A stretch of 64,000 nt of DNA from a virus. Below are positions 48,809 to 58,381 of this stretch, in pieces (the stretch's first letter is position 1; each line of letters begins with the position of its first letter). A program made the translations under genes and the position numbers. Where the stretch lies: IMG/VR virus record IMGVR_UViG_3300025000_000005, positions 1 through 64,000 of that record, one strand, 5' to 3'. Under the pieces are notes generated by a model, which made no database searches, was not told the DNA's origin, and saw only the letters and a list, made by a program, of their open reading frames with translations.

Positions 48809-49131
48809 GATACCTCCAAGCCCATTAACGCGAACGCTATCATGTCGGCAGCACCGGATTTTACGCGAATGGTTTGGCCCGCACTCAGCGTAACGCTGAT
48901 CTGTTGAGGTGCGCCTCCGACACGGTTGAGACCGTAGGCCACCAGGGGGAGATTACCCGATACGCCGGTAACGCCAGTGAGATAAACCCCGTATGGGTGG
49001 TATTCGCTATCAATGTTGCAGACATTTATTACAGCGGCCGGCACCGAGGTATTAGCGGGGCATTCGTACAGCTCTACCTCGTCGGTCGAATCCGGGATCA
49101 ACCCGGCAATGGCTTTATATGTGTCCGTCAT
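48805..49131 (-). CDS. Small tail structural protein
   Basis: LYECPA...INVCN...TLSAGQTIRVKS...GLEVS pattern. Confidence 0.6.
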   Translation of the reverse strand: MTDTYKAIAGLIPDSTDEVELYECPANTSVPAAVINVCNIDSEYHPYGVYLTGVTGVSGNLPLVAYGLNRVGGAPQQISVTLSAGQTIRVKSGAADMIAFALMGLEVS

Positions 49132-49142
49132 GCTTTGGCCCC

Positions 49143-49808
49143 CTATATCATTATTGCGTAGTGATATGCGCGTGTTGCTATAGCCGTTACGTCATGGATT
49201 GATGCCGTTACAACCAACTCGCTAATTGTGAATGTGAGGTTTTCGGCCTGCCCAATGGCCGTCATTACATCGACCCATTTCTCCATGGTTGTGGACCCGG
49301 CACCAGGGGGGATAAAATCCGCCTCATCAGCGAAGGATATCCCGTAAAGGACTTCCCCGACATCCGGATCTTGTGCAAAAATACCGAATTCTGACAGCCG
49401 AAACCCAGTGAAGACGTCCCTGTTAGAGAATCGGAACCGTATTCTTGCGACCCCTCCGCCTGGGGCATAGAGTGACGATATAGGGGCGTAATATTTTAAA
49501 TCAAATAATTCGGTCAGACTGTCATAGGTTGGTGTCCCGGCAAACAGATCCCACTTAATATCCGTTTCATCCGGTTCCGGCAGCTCCGAAGTATGCGCCA
49601 CGGTGCATACCAGCGTCTCTGCGCCAGAATCCACGTCAACGACATCGCCAACCGCATAATCGACACCCGCCGCCCATACAGCCCCGTTATCGATAGGCAG
49701 TTTTCCGGCTCCAAGGCCGACCCTCGTGTATTCGAGAGTGGTCCCGGTTTGTGCCTTCGCCAGTAGGTCAGCCCCGAGGGATGTTAATCTTATGCCAGGG
49801 AATTGCAT
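49143..49808 (-). CDS. Tail fibre N-terminal/collar protein with carbohydrate-binding-like insert
   Basis: LTSLGADLLAKA..YTRVGLGAG...GFRLSEFGIFA.DPD.GEVLY; insert WAAGVDYAVGDVV...CTVAHTS. Confidence 0.7.
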   Translation of the reverse strand: MQFPGIRLTSLGADLLAKAQTGTTLEYTRVGLGAGKLPIDNGAVWAAGVDYAVGDVVDVDSGAETLVCTVAHTSELPEPDETDIKWDLFAGTPTYDSLTELFDLKYYAPISSLYAPGGGVARIRFRFSNRDVFTGFRLSEFGIFAQDPDVGEVLYGISFADEADFIPPGAGSTTMEKWVDVMTAIGQAENLTFTISELVVTASIHDVTAIATRAYHYAIMI

Positions 49809-49820
49809 ATTTGCACCATG

Positions 49821-50504
49821 TTAAAACGTAAATGGAAGTGTGTAAGGGAACCCACCATCGAGAACGCCAATTTCAATGACGTCACCGTCCCGGACGAAGG
49901 ACACAAAGTTAATCGGTAAATCGACCTCTGAAAAAATCTTCACCCCGTCAAAAACGATATGCGCGGGCCTCACGCGCAACATCTCATCCCAAACCTGAGT
50001 TACGAAATTTTCTATTGTAATGCCAAGGGTTGAGAGTGTGGATAGACCTATATCTACGGACCCGTGGCAAGTCAGAAAATAGTCCTCGATATTTTTACCG
50101 ACTAACGATAGTTGGGTTTGACCAACGAACTCTGTGCCATAAGGCGTATCCCTCGGAGCATATAGCGGCGTCCATGTCACTCCAGTAGTCCAGAATTTTC
50201 GGAGCAACGTCGATTCGATCATGAGCTGAGTATCTTTGAACTCTATGGCAATTCTGCGCCACTCAATAGCGATCCGCTTATCTTCTGCACCTGACAGGTT
50301 GTCGTCTGCGCACAGGTCTTTTAGATCCCGCAATCGCCTTAACAGCACTTCATCAGATGCCGTATAGATAGATTTTGCATTATCCGAATCGGCAACATGG
50401 GGGTCGACCTCTTCTTCCCAAATGGCCTCTATGGATTCGGCGAGATCGACCCATCTGGCTATCTGCTGCTTCGCATATGTAAGCCTTTCCGACAGCCACC
50501 CCAT
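49821..50504 (-). CDS. Baseplate protein, P1 gp16-like
   Basis: WLSERLT.AKQ...W.PLYAP...YFLT..G...RPAHIVFDG; after bplA. Confidence 0.75.
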   Translation of the reverse strand: MGWLSERLTYAKQQIARWVDLAESIEAIWEEEVDPHVADSDNAKSIYTASDEVLLRRLRDLKDLCADDNLSGAEDKRIAIEWRRIAIEFKDTQLMIESTLLRKFWTTGVTWTPLYAPRDTPYGTEFVGQTQLSLVGKNIEDYFLTCHGSVDIGLSTLSTLGITIENFVTQVWDEMLRVRPAHIVFDGVKIFSEVDLPINFVSFVRDGDVIEIGVLDGGFPYTLPFTF

Positions 50505-51913
50505 CAGTACGATACCTCCAGGGTGATGTGGTCGGTATCTGTGGCGTAAAACTCGTTTAAAACGCCTGTCGGATCTCCGGATTTCGTAACTGTGAAATAC
50601 TCTCCGGTATCTGAAAAGAGATTAAGCGCCTGTACGATCGCATAGCATTCGTGAAGGATGAACTCTTTGCCGAGAGAGGCAGAAGTGGCGCCATAATTTG
50701 CAAGGAGAGCGGTCCGTATCGCAAAATTTACCGCATCTATATTCCGGGCCCTGGAGACTTTCCCGGAAACGGTTATGGTGTAAAGGGTTACGACCGGATC
50801 AACCCACTCGAAGGTCCGATTCAGCCGCGGTTCAGCCTCAAGGGCGGCGATGACATCGACTTCGACTGTAGACATGTCTTCCGCATAAGCTGATATAAAG
50901 ATCTTGTTGACGAAATCAAGGCTACTAACACCGCCATTGGCGAGTGTCGCTTCCTGCTCACCCCATGCCCGAGCCCAGAAGACGTTTGGGAAGCGTTTTT
51001 TTATGAAAAACTCGTAATCCTCTTTCCATACGAGCCGGCCATTATAGATCGGCCAGTACTGCAAATTCCGCCGAATCGACTCATAGCCCTCCATGTCGGT
51101 CCCGCCGATAACCGGCGTCACTGTCGTTACCTTGACATTGGCAGGCTCACCAGCAGAATCAAGGACCTCGCCAACGATGCTTAAGGACTGCCCTGAGTTA
51201 AGCGTGGTCTCCCCGTTGGTAATGGACAGGATAATTTTTATCGTGCTGCCAAGCGGCGGAATGAGCCCAAAAACACCGTTTCCAAATCTGATGCCGGTCT
51301 GAGCCGTATGCGCGTAAAACTCGTCGTAAACATGAGCCGTTGCGCTCACGTTTTGAAACCGAGAAGAAAAGGTCCACGGCTCGAACCCAGCACCTTCTCC
51401 AAGATCCACCTGGACCGAAATGCCACATATTTTATCCGACAATTCCTGATCGAACAGAATCTCATAAAAGGCCATTTCTTCAGTAACGGGATAATCCGTT
51501 TCGGTAATCTCCAACTGCTTCAATTCGGCTGTTTCGGTGTCGCCAGGGGCAATTTCTATTGTCGGCACCAGGATATAATCTTCCTGCGTATCTGAGAAAA
51601 AGGGTTGGTTTGCGAGAAGAACTACATTGGCAGTGCCGTTATTTTTGATATTTGCGGTCCCGACAGACGGGGCGGCCTTCGTCGGGATGTAATTTTCATC
51701 CTCAACGTGGGCAAGAATGCTCGATCTGCTAACAGCGGTTGAGCGAAAGTATTCCTGAAAAGATCTCTCTATTCGGTAAAGCGCCTGCCTGAGCGCCCAT
51801 GAAACGAAAATAGCCAAATGCTGAACGAACTGCGAGTCTTTAAGCTGAGTCCATGACGCCTTGGCGCCCAAGATCTCTTTAAATTTCTCTATCGCCTCTT
51901 CTTTGCTGATCAT
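50504..51913 (-). CDS. bplA: Baseplate wedge protein, P1 BplA-like
   Basis: SQFVQHL, STA..RSSILA, GIRFGNG.FG.IPP, LVWKEDY, WGEQE. Confidence 0.8.
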   Translation of the reverse strand: MISKEEAIEKFKEILGAKASWTQLKDSQFVQHLAIFVSWALRQALYRIERSFQEYFRSTAVSRSSILAHVEDENYIPTKAAPSVGTANIKNNGTANVVLLANQPFFSDTQEDYILVPTIEIAPGDTETAELKQLEITETDYPVTEEMAFYEILFDQELSDKICGISVQVDLGEGAGFEPWTFSSRFQNVSATAHVYDEFYAHTAQTGIRFGNGVFGLIPPLGSTIKIILSITNGETTLNSGQSLSIVGEVLDSAGEPANVKVTTVTPVIGGTDMEGYESIRRNLQYWPIYNGRLVWKEDYEFFIKKRFPNVFWARAWGEQEATLANGGVSSLDFVNKIFISAYAEDMSTVEVDVIAALEAEPRLNRTFEWVDPVVTLYTITVSGKVSRARNIDAVNFAIRTALLANYGATSASLGKEFILHECYAIVQALNLFSDTGEYFTVTKSGDPTGVLNEFYATDTDHITLEVSY

Positions 51914-52260
51914 ACATACACCCGCATGTCAAAAATTCCATTAGCATGTTCGATAGTTATGTGCATCATGTCTATTTCGGAAAATTCTGCATAAACCCTT
52001 CCAACAACGAGGTCTTCAATGTCCTGAATTATTTTTTTCCGGATTGCCATACTGGCGATAATGCTCAGATTCGGGCTTGTCGGATCGTGTTTGTAAATGT
52101 TAAGCGGATGCCCCCAGGATGGATGATCCGCCACTGTGCCGGTGGGAGTGTTTAGCCACTCAAGGATGCGCTGATTCATGGCATCGCTATCATCATGGGT
52201 TTTGATCCCCTCTGATGGAGATAGGCCTATCTCCCAGTTATATTCACGGATGACGCTCAT
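51910..52260 (-). CDS. pmgA: Baseplate gp25-like protein, P1 PmgA-like
   Basis: EWLNTP.GTVADHPSWGH; upstream of bplA. Confidence 0.75.
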   Translation of the reverse strand: MSVIREYNWEIGLSPSEGIKTHDDSDAMNQRILEWLNTPTGTVADHPSWGHPLNIYKHDPTSPNLSIIASMAIRKKIIQDIEDLVVGRVYAEFSEIDMMHITIEHANGIFDMRVYV

Positions 52261-52290
52261 GGGTAGCCTTTAAAGATTTATTGCTTTATA

Positions 52291-52328
52291 ACTTTATTTC
52301 TTTATACATGCGGGCACGAAAAATGCAA
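52291..52328 (-). promoter_or_regulatory. Putative baseplate-operon promoter; identical 38-bp copy at 54450-54487
   Basis: Minus strand TTGCAT-16 nt-TATAAA followed by 8-bp periodic boxes. Confidence 0.55.
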
Positions 52329-52398
52329 CAGGAAAAATATAAGGAGACAAAGGCCATGCAGATTCTTGCCAATGAATCAGCATGGCCTTGACGGATCA

Positions 52399-52740
52399 TC
52401 ACGGATCGCTCAAAGAGAAAGTCGCCGCGGTAAGCCGGTATATCCCGGCCGCGCCGTAGACCTCCGCCGTAACATCGTCTCGCGCGATGAGCGCACCACC
52501 GGTTAATGCGTTATAGTACCCAATATGGTTGACGGTCTGCCCAGCCGCGATGCTGAATTCCAAGGCTGGATCGCAATCGCCAACTCTCGACCCGCCTGAC
52601 GCCGCCGCAAGCGTGATTGCTTGACGCGCCGCAAGCTCGGTACCTCCGGTTGACGGGTCCCCGTTGCAAGGAACGCAATGGGTTATGCCGACCGCCGTTA
52701 ACATATTGTTCTTACCAGTTACCGTAAAGCCCATCGTCAT
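52399..52740 (-). CDS. Small virion structural protein (copy B)
   Basis: Paralogue of 34545-34889; about 105 bp with only 2 mismatches. Confidence 0.75.
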   Translation of the reverse strand: MTMGFTVTGKNNMLTAVGITHCVPCNGDPSTGGTELAARQAITLAAASGGSRVGDCDPALEFSIAAGQTVNHIGYYNALTGGALIARDDVTAEVYGAAGIYRLTAATFSLSDP

Positions 52741-52779
52741 TTTGTCACCTCGTAATTAAAATGTTATTGGTTTTTCTAT

Positions 52780-54303
52780 CTAAAACGTAAAGGGGAAGGT
52801 GTATGTGAACCCTTCAAAGAACGGTTCCCCGGCAGCCGTCACAGACCCGGCAGCAACCACGGCCGTGGCCGCGCCCGCCACCTTCACGCCACTCGACGCT
52901 GTGGTGCCTATGCTCGATACGGCTGTTGGTGTGCTCTGCACCTTGGTCCCGTCCGTCACAACGGACGCGGCAGCGGTTACACCGGTGACAGCCCATGCGA
53001 CCTTCACTCCACTCGACGTGATACTGCCGATGCCAGAGATGGCCGTTAATACACCCAGGGCTTTTGCCCCAACCGTCGCAACGGACCCGGCCGCGGTCAC
53101 GGCCGTGGTCGCTGCCGCAACCTTTGTCCAACTCGACGTGATACCACCTAAGCCAGAGACGGCTGTCGATGCGCTTCGAACCTTTGTCCAGGACGTTGAC
53201 ACGACTCCATCTGCGGTCACGGCAGTGGTAGCGCCCGCCACTTTTACCCCGATCGACACGATGGTGCCGATGTCAGAGACGATTGTTGCGGCGCTCGGTG
53301 TTTTTGATCCGGTCGCAACCACGGACCCGGCAGAGACCACGGCCGTGGCCGCGCCCGCTACTTTCAGGTATGTCGTGTCTATTACCGATATAGCAGATAC
53401 GGCTGCAACGCTCCCAACCACTTTCGCCCATGCCGAAGACAGGTTTCCTATAGCCGATACCTGCGATACACCGCTTCCAACCTCAAATTTAACGCCGGTT
53501 GATTCAACGATGCCGCTTGCGGATATCACACTTAATGCCAGTGCTGTTTTTGCCCCAGGCCCGGAAATAATACCCGTTGCGCCAATTGCTGTTTGATCCG
53601 ATGAGAGCTTTTCGCCAAGGCATGAAACTATTCCTACGCCGACAACTATAGATTCGGGGAGAAGGCCGATTTCGATAATATCCCCGTCACGGACGAATGA
53701 GACGAAGTTGATCGGCAGATCCACCTCAGACGAAATGGTAACCCCGTCAAAAACGATATGCGCGGGCCGAACACGCGATATTTCTTCCCCCACCTGCGTA
53801 ACAAAATCCTCTATCGTTACGCCCATTTCCGCAAGTGTCGAAAGACCTATATCTACGGACCCGTGGCAAGTCAGAAAATAGTCCGAAACGTTACCGCCAA
53901 CGGATTCAAGCTGATTTTTGCCAATGAACTCCGCCCCGTAAGGCCTGCCTTTAGGCGCATATAGTGGGGTCCATGCAACCCCCGCTGTCCAGAATTTTCG
54001 GAGAAGCGTCGAATCGATCATATATCGAGCGTCTTTGAACTCAATAGCAATTCTGCGCCACTCAATAGCGATCCGTTTATCCTCGGCGCCAGAGAGGTTA
54101 TCCTCGGCGCACAGGTCCCGCAACTCGGTCAACCTTAGAGCGAGAACCTCATCCGAAGCGGTATAGATCGACTTCGAGTTATCGGCAGCATCAAGATAGG
54201 GGTCAACCTCCTCTTCCCAAATCGCCTCCAAAGATTCTGCTATATCTACCCACTTGACAATCTGCTGTTTGGCGTACGTGAGCCTGTCGGAGAGCCACCC
54301 CAT
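52780..54303 (-). CDS. Chimeric gp16-like baseplate protein with inserted 20-aa repeats
   Basis: N-terminal ~210 aa closely parallel 49821-50504; then Ala/Val/Thr/Ser/Gly 20-aa repeats; C-terminal FTYTFPFTF versus FPYTLPFTF. Confidence 0.8.
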   Translation of the reverse strand: MGWLSDRLTYAKQQIVKWVDIAESLEAIWEEEVDPYLDAADNSKSIYTASDEVLALRLTELRDLCAEDNLSGAEDKRIAIEWRRIAIEFKDARYMIDSTLLRKFWTAGVAWTPLYAPKGRPYGAEFIGKNQLESVGGNVSDYFLTCHGSVDIGLSTLAEMGVTIEDFVTQVGEEISRVRPAHIVFDGVTISSEVDLPINFVSFVRDGDIIEIGLLPESIVVGVGIVSCLGEKLSSDQTAIGATGIISGPGAKTALALSVISASGIVESTGVKFEVGSGVSQVSAIGNLSSAWAKVVGSVAAVSAISVIDTTYLKVAGAATAVVSAGSVVATGSKTPSAATIVSDIGTIVSIGVKVAGATTAVTADGVVSTSWTKVRSASTAVSGLGGITSSWTKVAAATTAVTAAGSVATVGAKALGVLTAISGIGSITSSGVKVAWAVTGVTAAASVVTDGTKVQSTPTAVSSIGTTASSGVKVAGAATAVVAAGSVTAAGEPFFEGFTYTFPFTF

Positions 54304-54412
54304 CAGTACGAAGCCCCCAGGGTGATGTGACTATGATAGGCTTGGTTGTTCGGCCCCGAAAGGATGCACCAGTTCATCGCGTCACCATATTGTATTCACG
54401 AATCGCGCTCAT
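54304..54412 (-). pseudogene. Remnant of duplicated pmgA 5' end and bplA 3' end
   Basis: ATG 54412 reads MSAIREYN (pmgA: MSVIREYN); 54301-54329 matches the last ~30 nt of bplA. Confidence 0.7.
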
Positions 54413-54512
54413 AGGGGGCAGCCTTTATAGGTTTATTTATTTCTTTAAAACTTTATTTCTTTATACATGCGGGCACGAAAAATGCAAGCGGTTTTGGTAT
54501 GAACGGATATTG

Positions 54513-54980
54513 TTACGGTTTTTGGCTCGGCAGGGTTTCTATGTCGGCGGCGATCATTACCGCGACAGTTTCGGCCTTTAAAATTCTCAGGCCAACAAGC
54601 TCATCAGCGCCGCCCGGAAGCAATATGAGGTCATAAAGTGGGGATAAAAAATTCCCGTAAACATTGTCCGTGAAAAGGGCATCGTCCGTGGTGGCAAATC
54701 CTTTGGCGAGGGTCTTATCGAGGCTATAACCGGCAGCATAAAAGCCCTTGCCGATATCGACAACGGCACGAAGGAGGCACTTCACATCGTGGAGACGGTC
54801 GCAATTGTTAAGCGTTTCGATCATATGCTCAAGGTCTATGTGCTCTAAAAGCGACGTCAGGGTCTTTGGATTTGGAACGGCAGCCCGTGGCGGTCGCCCG
54901 GGTATCCGAAAGGGAAGAATGTCCTCATGGATATAGCACATCAGGGCCGAAAACAGCACCCACGCGAATAGGGTTTTCAT
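54513..54980 (-). CDS. Exported moron protein (paralogue 2)
   Basis: Signal-like N-terminus; KGFYAAGYSLD.T..KG, VYG.FL.P. Confidence 0.7.
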   Translation of the reverse strand: MKTLFAWVLFSALMCYIHEDILPFRIPGRPPRAAVPNPKTLTSLLEHIDLEHMIETLNNCDRLHDVKCLLRAVVDIGKGFYAAGYSLDKTLAKGFATTDDALFTDNVYGNFLSPLYDLILLPGGADELVGLRILKAETVAVMIAADIETLPSQKP

Positions 54981-55453
54981 CTGTTTGATGCCCTCCGCCT
55001 GGATTCTTCTGCCTTGATGTCGGAATTTGTTTTTTGGATCACGGCGATGGTCCCGTAGCTTAGAACGCCGTCTTTTTTTAATGCGGCCACGCCCTCTTTT
55101 GTCGCCATAAGTGCGTGAACGGGCAAAAACATGTCCCCGTAAACCTTGTTCATGTAGATCATATTTTCTACGGATGACATCCCTTCTGCGACCGTTAGAT
55201 CGAAGTCGTAGCCAGCGGCCGAGAACCCCTTAGAAATTTCACGCAAAAACCTTACCATCCCATCAACCGATTGATTGCTTACCGCTACGATTGCCTCAAG
55301 CCTTTCGAAATCGATATTGTGGAAGATCTCCATGACTGCACGCTTGTCGTTGTGCGGTACCGGCTTAGGCTCTCCCCACGAGAAGGCGGACGATGAACAA
55401 ACAAAAATTGCAAGAAAACACAATACGGCGACGGAATGGCGGGCGATTTTCAT
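54977..55453 (-). CDS. Exported moron protein (paralogue 1)
   Basis: Signal peptide ending SSAFS; KGFSAAGYDFD.T..EG, VYG.MFLP. Confidence 0.7.
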   Translation of the reverse strand: MKIARHSVAVLCFLAIFVCSSSAFSWGEPKPVPHNDKRAVMEIFHNIDFERLEAIVAVSNQSVDGMVRFLREISKGFSAAGYDFDLTVAEGMSSVENMIYMNKVYGDMFLPVHALMATKEGVAALKKDGVLSYGTIAVIQKTNSDIKAEESRRRASNR

Positions 55454-55523
55454 TTCTCATATCCTTTCTTTTCGGTTTTTCGGAAGAGACGATGAGGCAA
55501 TTTATCAAGTGGAAAAAGAAAAG

Positions 55524-57920
55524 TCAAATCCTGTCATAGGCCATCAAAGTGAGGGTCGAATCGTCATATTCGGTTGGGATGTTGAACGGGTCTCTATAAT
55601 TCTTGTCCTTTTTTGCCGCAAGCTCCCGGCGAGGCCCGGCCGCCGATTGAGCTGACTGCTGACCTTTGGACGCGGCACGGGCATTCCCGGTGGAAGCGGT
55701 TCCTCCCTGAGGCGCCTCCTGGATCTCTTTCACTGCCGGCATGGGGGATACTGGTTTGATTGCGCCAACGGTTTTGGCCTGGTCGCCGGTACTTTCGGAC
55801 ACGACGCCGCCAACTGCCACTGTGCCTGCAGAAACCGCCATTGGACCTGTCACGGTTGCTTCCACCTTGGCTATTTCTTCTTTTCTGTCGGATAAAATCT
55901 GCCCTGCCAGTGCTTTGCGGTATCTCCTTTTGGAACCGTCAGGGTCATGAGGTACTTCATACTTATCCGAAACGATTTCTGCGGATGAGGCCGCGGTTTT
56001 TGCCCGTTCCAGATGGCGCCCGGCCTTTTGATAATATTCCCCGTTGCGGAGTTCATGGTCAATGAATTTGAGCTGCTCTTCCCTGCTCGATTCGCGGATA
56101 TCTTTTCCCGCCCACTCCTTAAAGGCTTCCTGCCTTGGTTTATGCCACTGCGCAAGCCCGTAAGCACGGTAAACCCCATTTTCGTCCTTATCGCCCTCTG
56201 CCTTGTGGTTACCACTGCTTTCGGCCTGAATATTTGCCGAAATGCCAGCAGCCTGCTCTTTCGTCCAGCCCATCTTTTCAAAGAATTCCGCATCAGAAGT
56301 AGCGGTTTTCCCACCCTTGGCAACCGGCATATTCTCCCCGCCAATGATGCCCTCCTTCATCAAATCACGGGCGAGAAGCAGACCGTCAATGGCAACCGAG
56401 GCAACGGTACCGACAATGGGAACGATGCTCACAAGCCCGGATGTCAGCTCGCCGGCCGCACCAACATAATCCCCGTCGATAGCCCGGTCGATAGCGAAGG
56501 CTGCACCCATGGCTGCGCCAACACCGGGAAGTTTTTTAAGGGCTGATTTTCCGGCTGCTTTTTCGATCGTCTTTGCACTGCCCTTCGCACCGCCCTTTCC
56601 CAACATCTCCATGCCGCTTTTGCCAAAATTCTTGGCACCCTGGACGATGGCACTTTCACCAATAGCCTTGGAAACGCTCTTCACGGCAGGATTTTGAGCT
56701 ATAGAGGAAACCACCTTCGCGCCTACACCACCGGCAACTGCTGCCGCCGTCTTGACACCGGGGAGATTCCCGACAAAATCACCAGCAGTCTTGACCGCCG
56801 TTTTGCCCGCATCAAGGGCTTTGCCAATAAAGCCACTTTTGGCCGCCACCTTGGTGCCTGTTTTTAGGCCCGTCTCGGCGACTTCTTCGGCGACTTTTTT
56901 TCCGAAAAACTTCCCGGTGAGCTTCCTGACCTTGTTCAGTAACCACCCGCCCGCTACCGCTTCAACTATGCCCGGGCCTGAAGATCCGGCCGCGGCACCC
57001 CCACGGGATGCAGACAGAAGCGCATAACTCCGCCTGGCATCGGCTTTATCAGCCTTTTCGATAGCCTCAATAACCCTCTCTATCGCCTCGGTCGTTTTCT
57101 CGGCCTGCTCATGGTCCCGGACGTCTTTCAGGATGCTTTTTTTGCCTGGCTGAACAGCAGCTTTTAAGAAGCGACCCTGATCATCGCGCTTATCGTCTTT
57201 GGGCTTCTCGGCCTTTTTGCCACCAAAAGCCCCTGCAATTTTATCGAACCCGGCCTTAAGGAACCGGTTGTCTTTCGTTGTTCCGGCAGCATCGGCAAGC
57301 TCCTTCGCCGCGGCCCAAAACGGTCCGCCCGCGGCCATACCGGCTGCATCGGTCGCTGAGGTTGGGGCACCGCCAGCGATAAAGTCCTTTGCTCTGGAGA
57401 TAATCCCGCCCGCTTTGGCCACGGCTTTCCCGATCGCACCAGCGAGCCAAGTGTTTTGCTTTTTCACCCTGCGCTGATTCAGGAGGTCCGCGCTTTTGGA
57501 TTGCTGGATAGCAGGTGTCGTTCCGCTTTGGGAAACCGGCCTATTCCCGGCCGCCCGCCGTTCCGCTGCCACGGTCCCGGTTTTTTCGGAGGGGATGGCT
57601 TTCGTGAACCGGCCGCTTGAATCCCGTAGTCGTTGGGTTCCCGTTCCCGGCATTACGGATCGCACCTTTTCGGCACGGCCGGCAACGGGAATATTCCCTG
57701 GCAAAAAAGAATTTCCGCCATACGGCTTTCTATACGCCCCAGGCACCGGACCGGCCGGAAGGTAAGCCACCCGTCCGGTGCCAATCCGCGTTATCGGTTT
57801 GACCGGATATTTCCGGGTCGCCGACGCCATAGCCTTTTCGAATTTGGCAAGGACCGCCGTATTCCGCTCAATCTTCTTGAGAATGGCGATGGTTTGGGGG
57901 CTATCGTTCATGATGTCCAT
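55524..57920 (-). CDS. sit: Tape measure protein with tail lysozyme domain, P1 Sit-like
   Basis: RD..GRF repeats, Ala/Gly/Lys-rich helices, AAGISANIQAES...YGLAQWH; position between pmgB and the baseplate genes. Confidence 0.8.
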   Translation of the reverse strand: MDIMNDSPQTIAILKKIERNTAVLAKFEKAMASATRKYPVKPITRIGTGRVAYLPAGPVPGAYRKPYGGNSFLPGNIPVAGRAEKVRSVMPGTGTQRLRDSSGRFTKAIPSEKTGTVAAERRAAGNRPVSQSGTTPAIQQSKSADLLNQRRVKKQNTWLAGAIGKAVAKAGGIISRAKDFIAGGAPTSATDAAGMAAGGPFWAAAKELADAAGTTKDNRFLKAGFDKIAGAFGGKKAEKPKDDKRDDQGRFLKAAVQPGKKSILKDVRDHEQAEKTTEAIERVIEAIEKADKADARRSYALLSASRGGAAAGSSGPGIVEAVAGGWLLNKVRKLTGKFFGKKVAEEVAETGLKTGTKVAAKSGFIGKALDAGKTAVKTAGDFVGNLPGVKTAAAVAGGVGAKVVSSIAQNPAVKSVSKAIGESAIVQGAKNFGKSGMEMLGKGGAKGSAKTIEKAAGKSALKKLPGVGAAMGAAFAIDRAIDGDYVGAAGELTSGLVSIVPIVGTVASVAIDGLLLARDLMKEGIIGGENMPVAKGGKTATSDAEFFEKMGWTKEQAAGISANIQAESSGNHKAEGDKDENGVYRAYGLAQWHKPRQEAFKEWAGKDIRESSREEQLKFIDHELRNGEYYQKAGRHLERAKTAASSAEIVSDKYEVPHDPDGSKRRYRKALAGQILSDRKEEIAKVEATVTGPMAVSAGTVAVGGVVSESTGDQAKTVGAIKPVSPMPAVKEIQEAPQGGTASTGNARAASKGQQSAQSAAGPRRELAAKKDKNYRDPFNIPTEYDDSTLTLMAYDRI

Positions 57921-58249
57921 GTAGAATCAAAGTTATGCCTGTTCTTGTATTCGGCCTGCTTCCCGGGGTTCCACTGGTTGACAGGCCTCAGATACCCGAC
58001 CACCCGGCTATAGACCTCGCATGGCTGAAAATTATGAAGTTTTTCGTCTTTTTCAAAGCACGCTTCGCATTTTATCCAAACCAGATCGCCCTTGCCATAA
58101 ACCGCGCCGCCTGAAACAGAAAGCAGGCCGGATTCATCAACAGCGGCGAGCACAGTTGTATTTTTCCCGCAATCATGACACTCGCCCTCCCATCCGATCT
58201 CATTCGTTTCATTGTCCGAAAAGAGTCGATCTAAATCTTCTTTCGTCAT
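57908..58249 (-). CDS. Stand-alone NrdD-type glycyl-radical domain with Zn-finger
   Basis: CHDC...CEAC, CEVYSRVVGYLRPVNQWNPGKQAEY..R; start MTKEDL. Confidence 0.8.
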   Translation of the reverse strand: MTKEDLDRLFSDNETNEIGWEGECHDCGKNTTVLAAVDESGLLSVSGGAVYGKGDLVWIKCEACFEKDEKLHNFQPCEVYSRVVGYLRPVNQWNPGKQAEYKNRHNFDSTWTS

Positions 58250-58381
58250 TTTTTCTTCTTTGCCTTCTCTATTGCTGAGTGCAGGTTCACAGCGATGCTT
58301 TTCGGGCTTTTCAGGACCCCGTGCATCTGCTGACCAGCGAACCTGCACAAATTATTTATGATATTGTGCCATGACTTCGAA

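Noticed and set aside
34566-52521. Diversity-generating retroelement TR/VR pair
   Set aside because: No reverse transcriptase in the window; only 2 synonymous mismatches; both copies are intact genes
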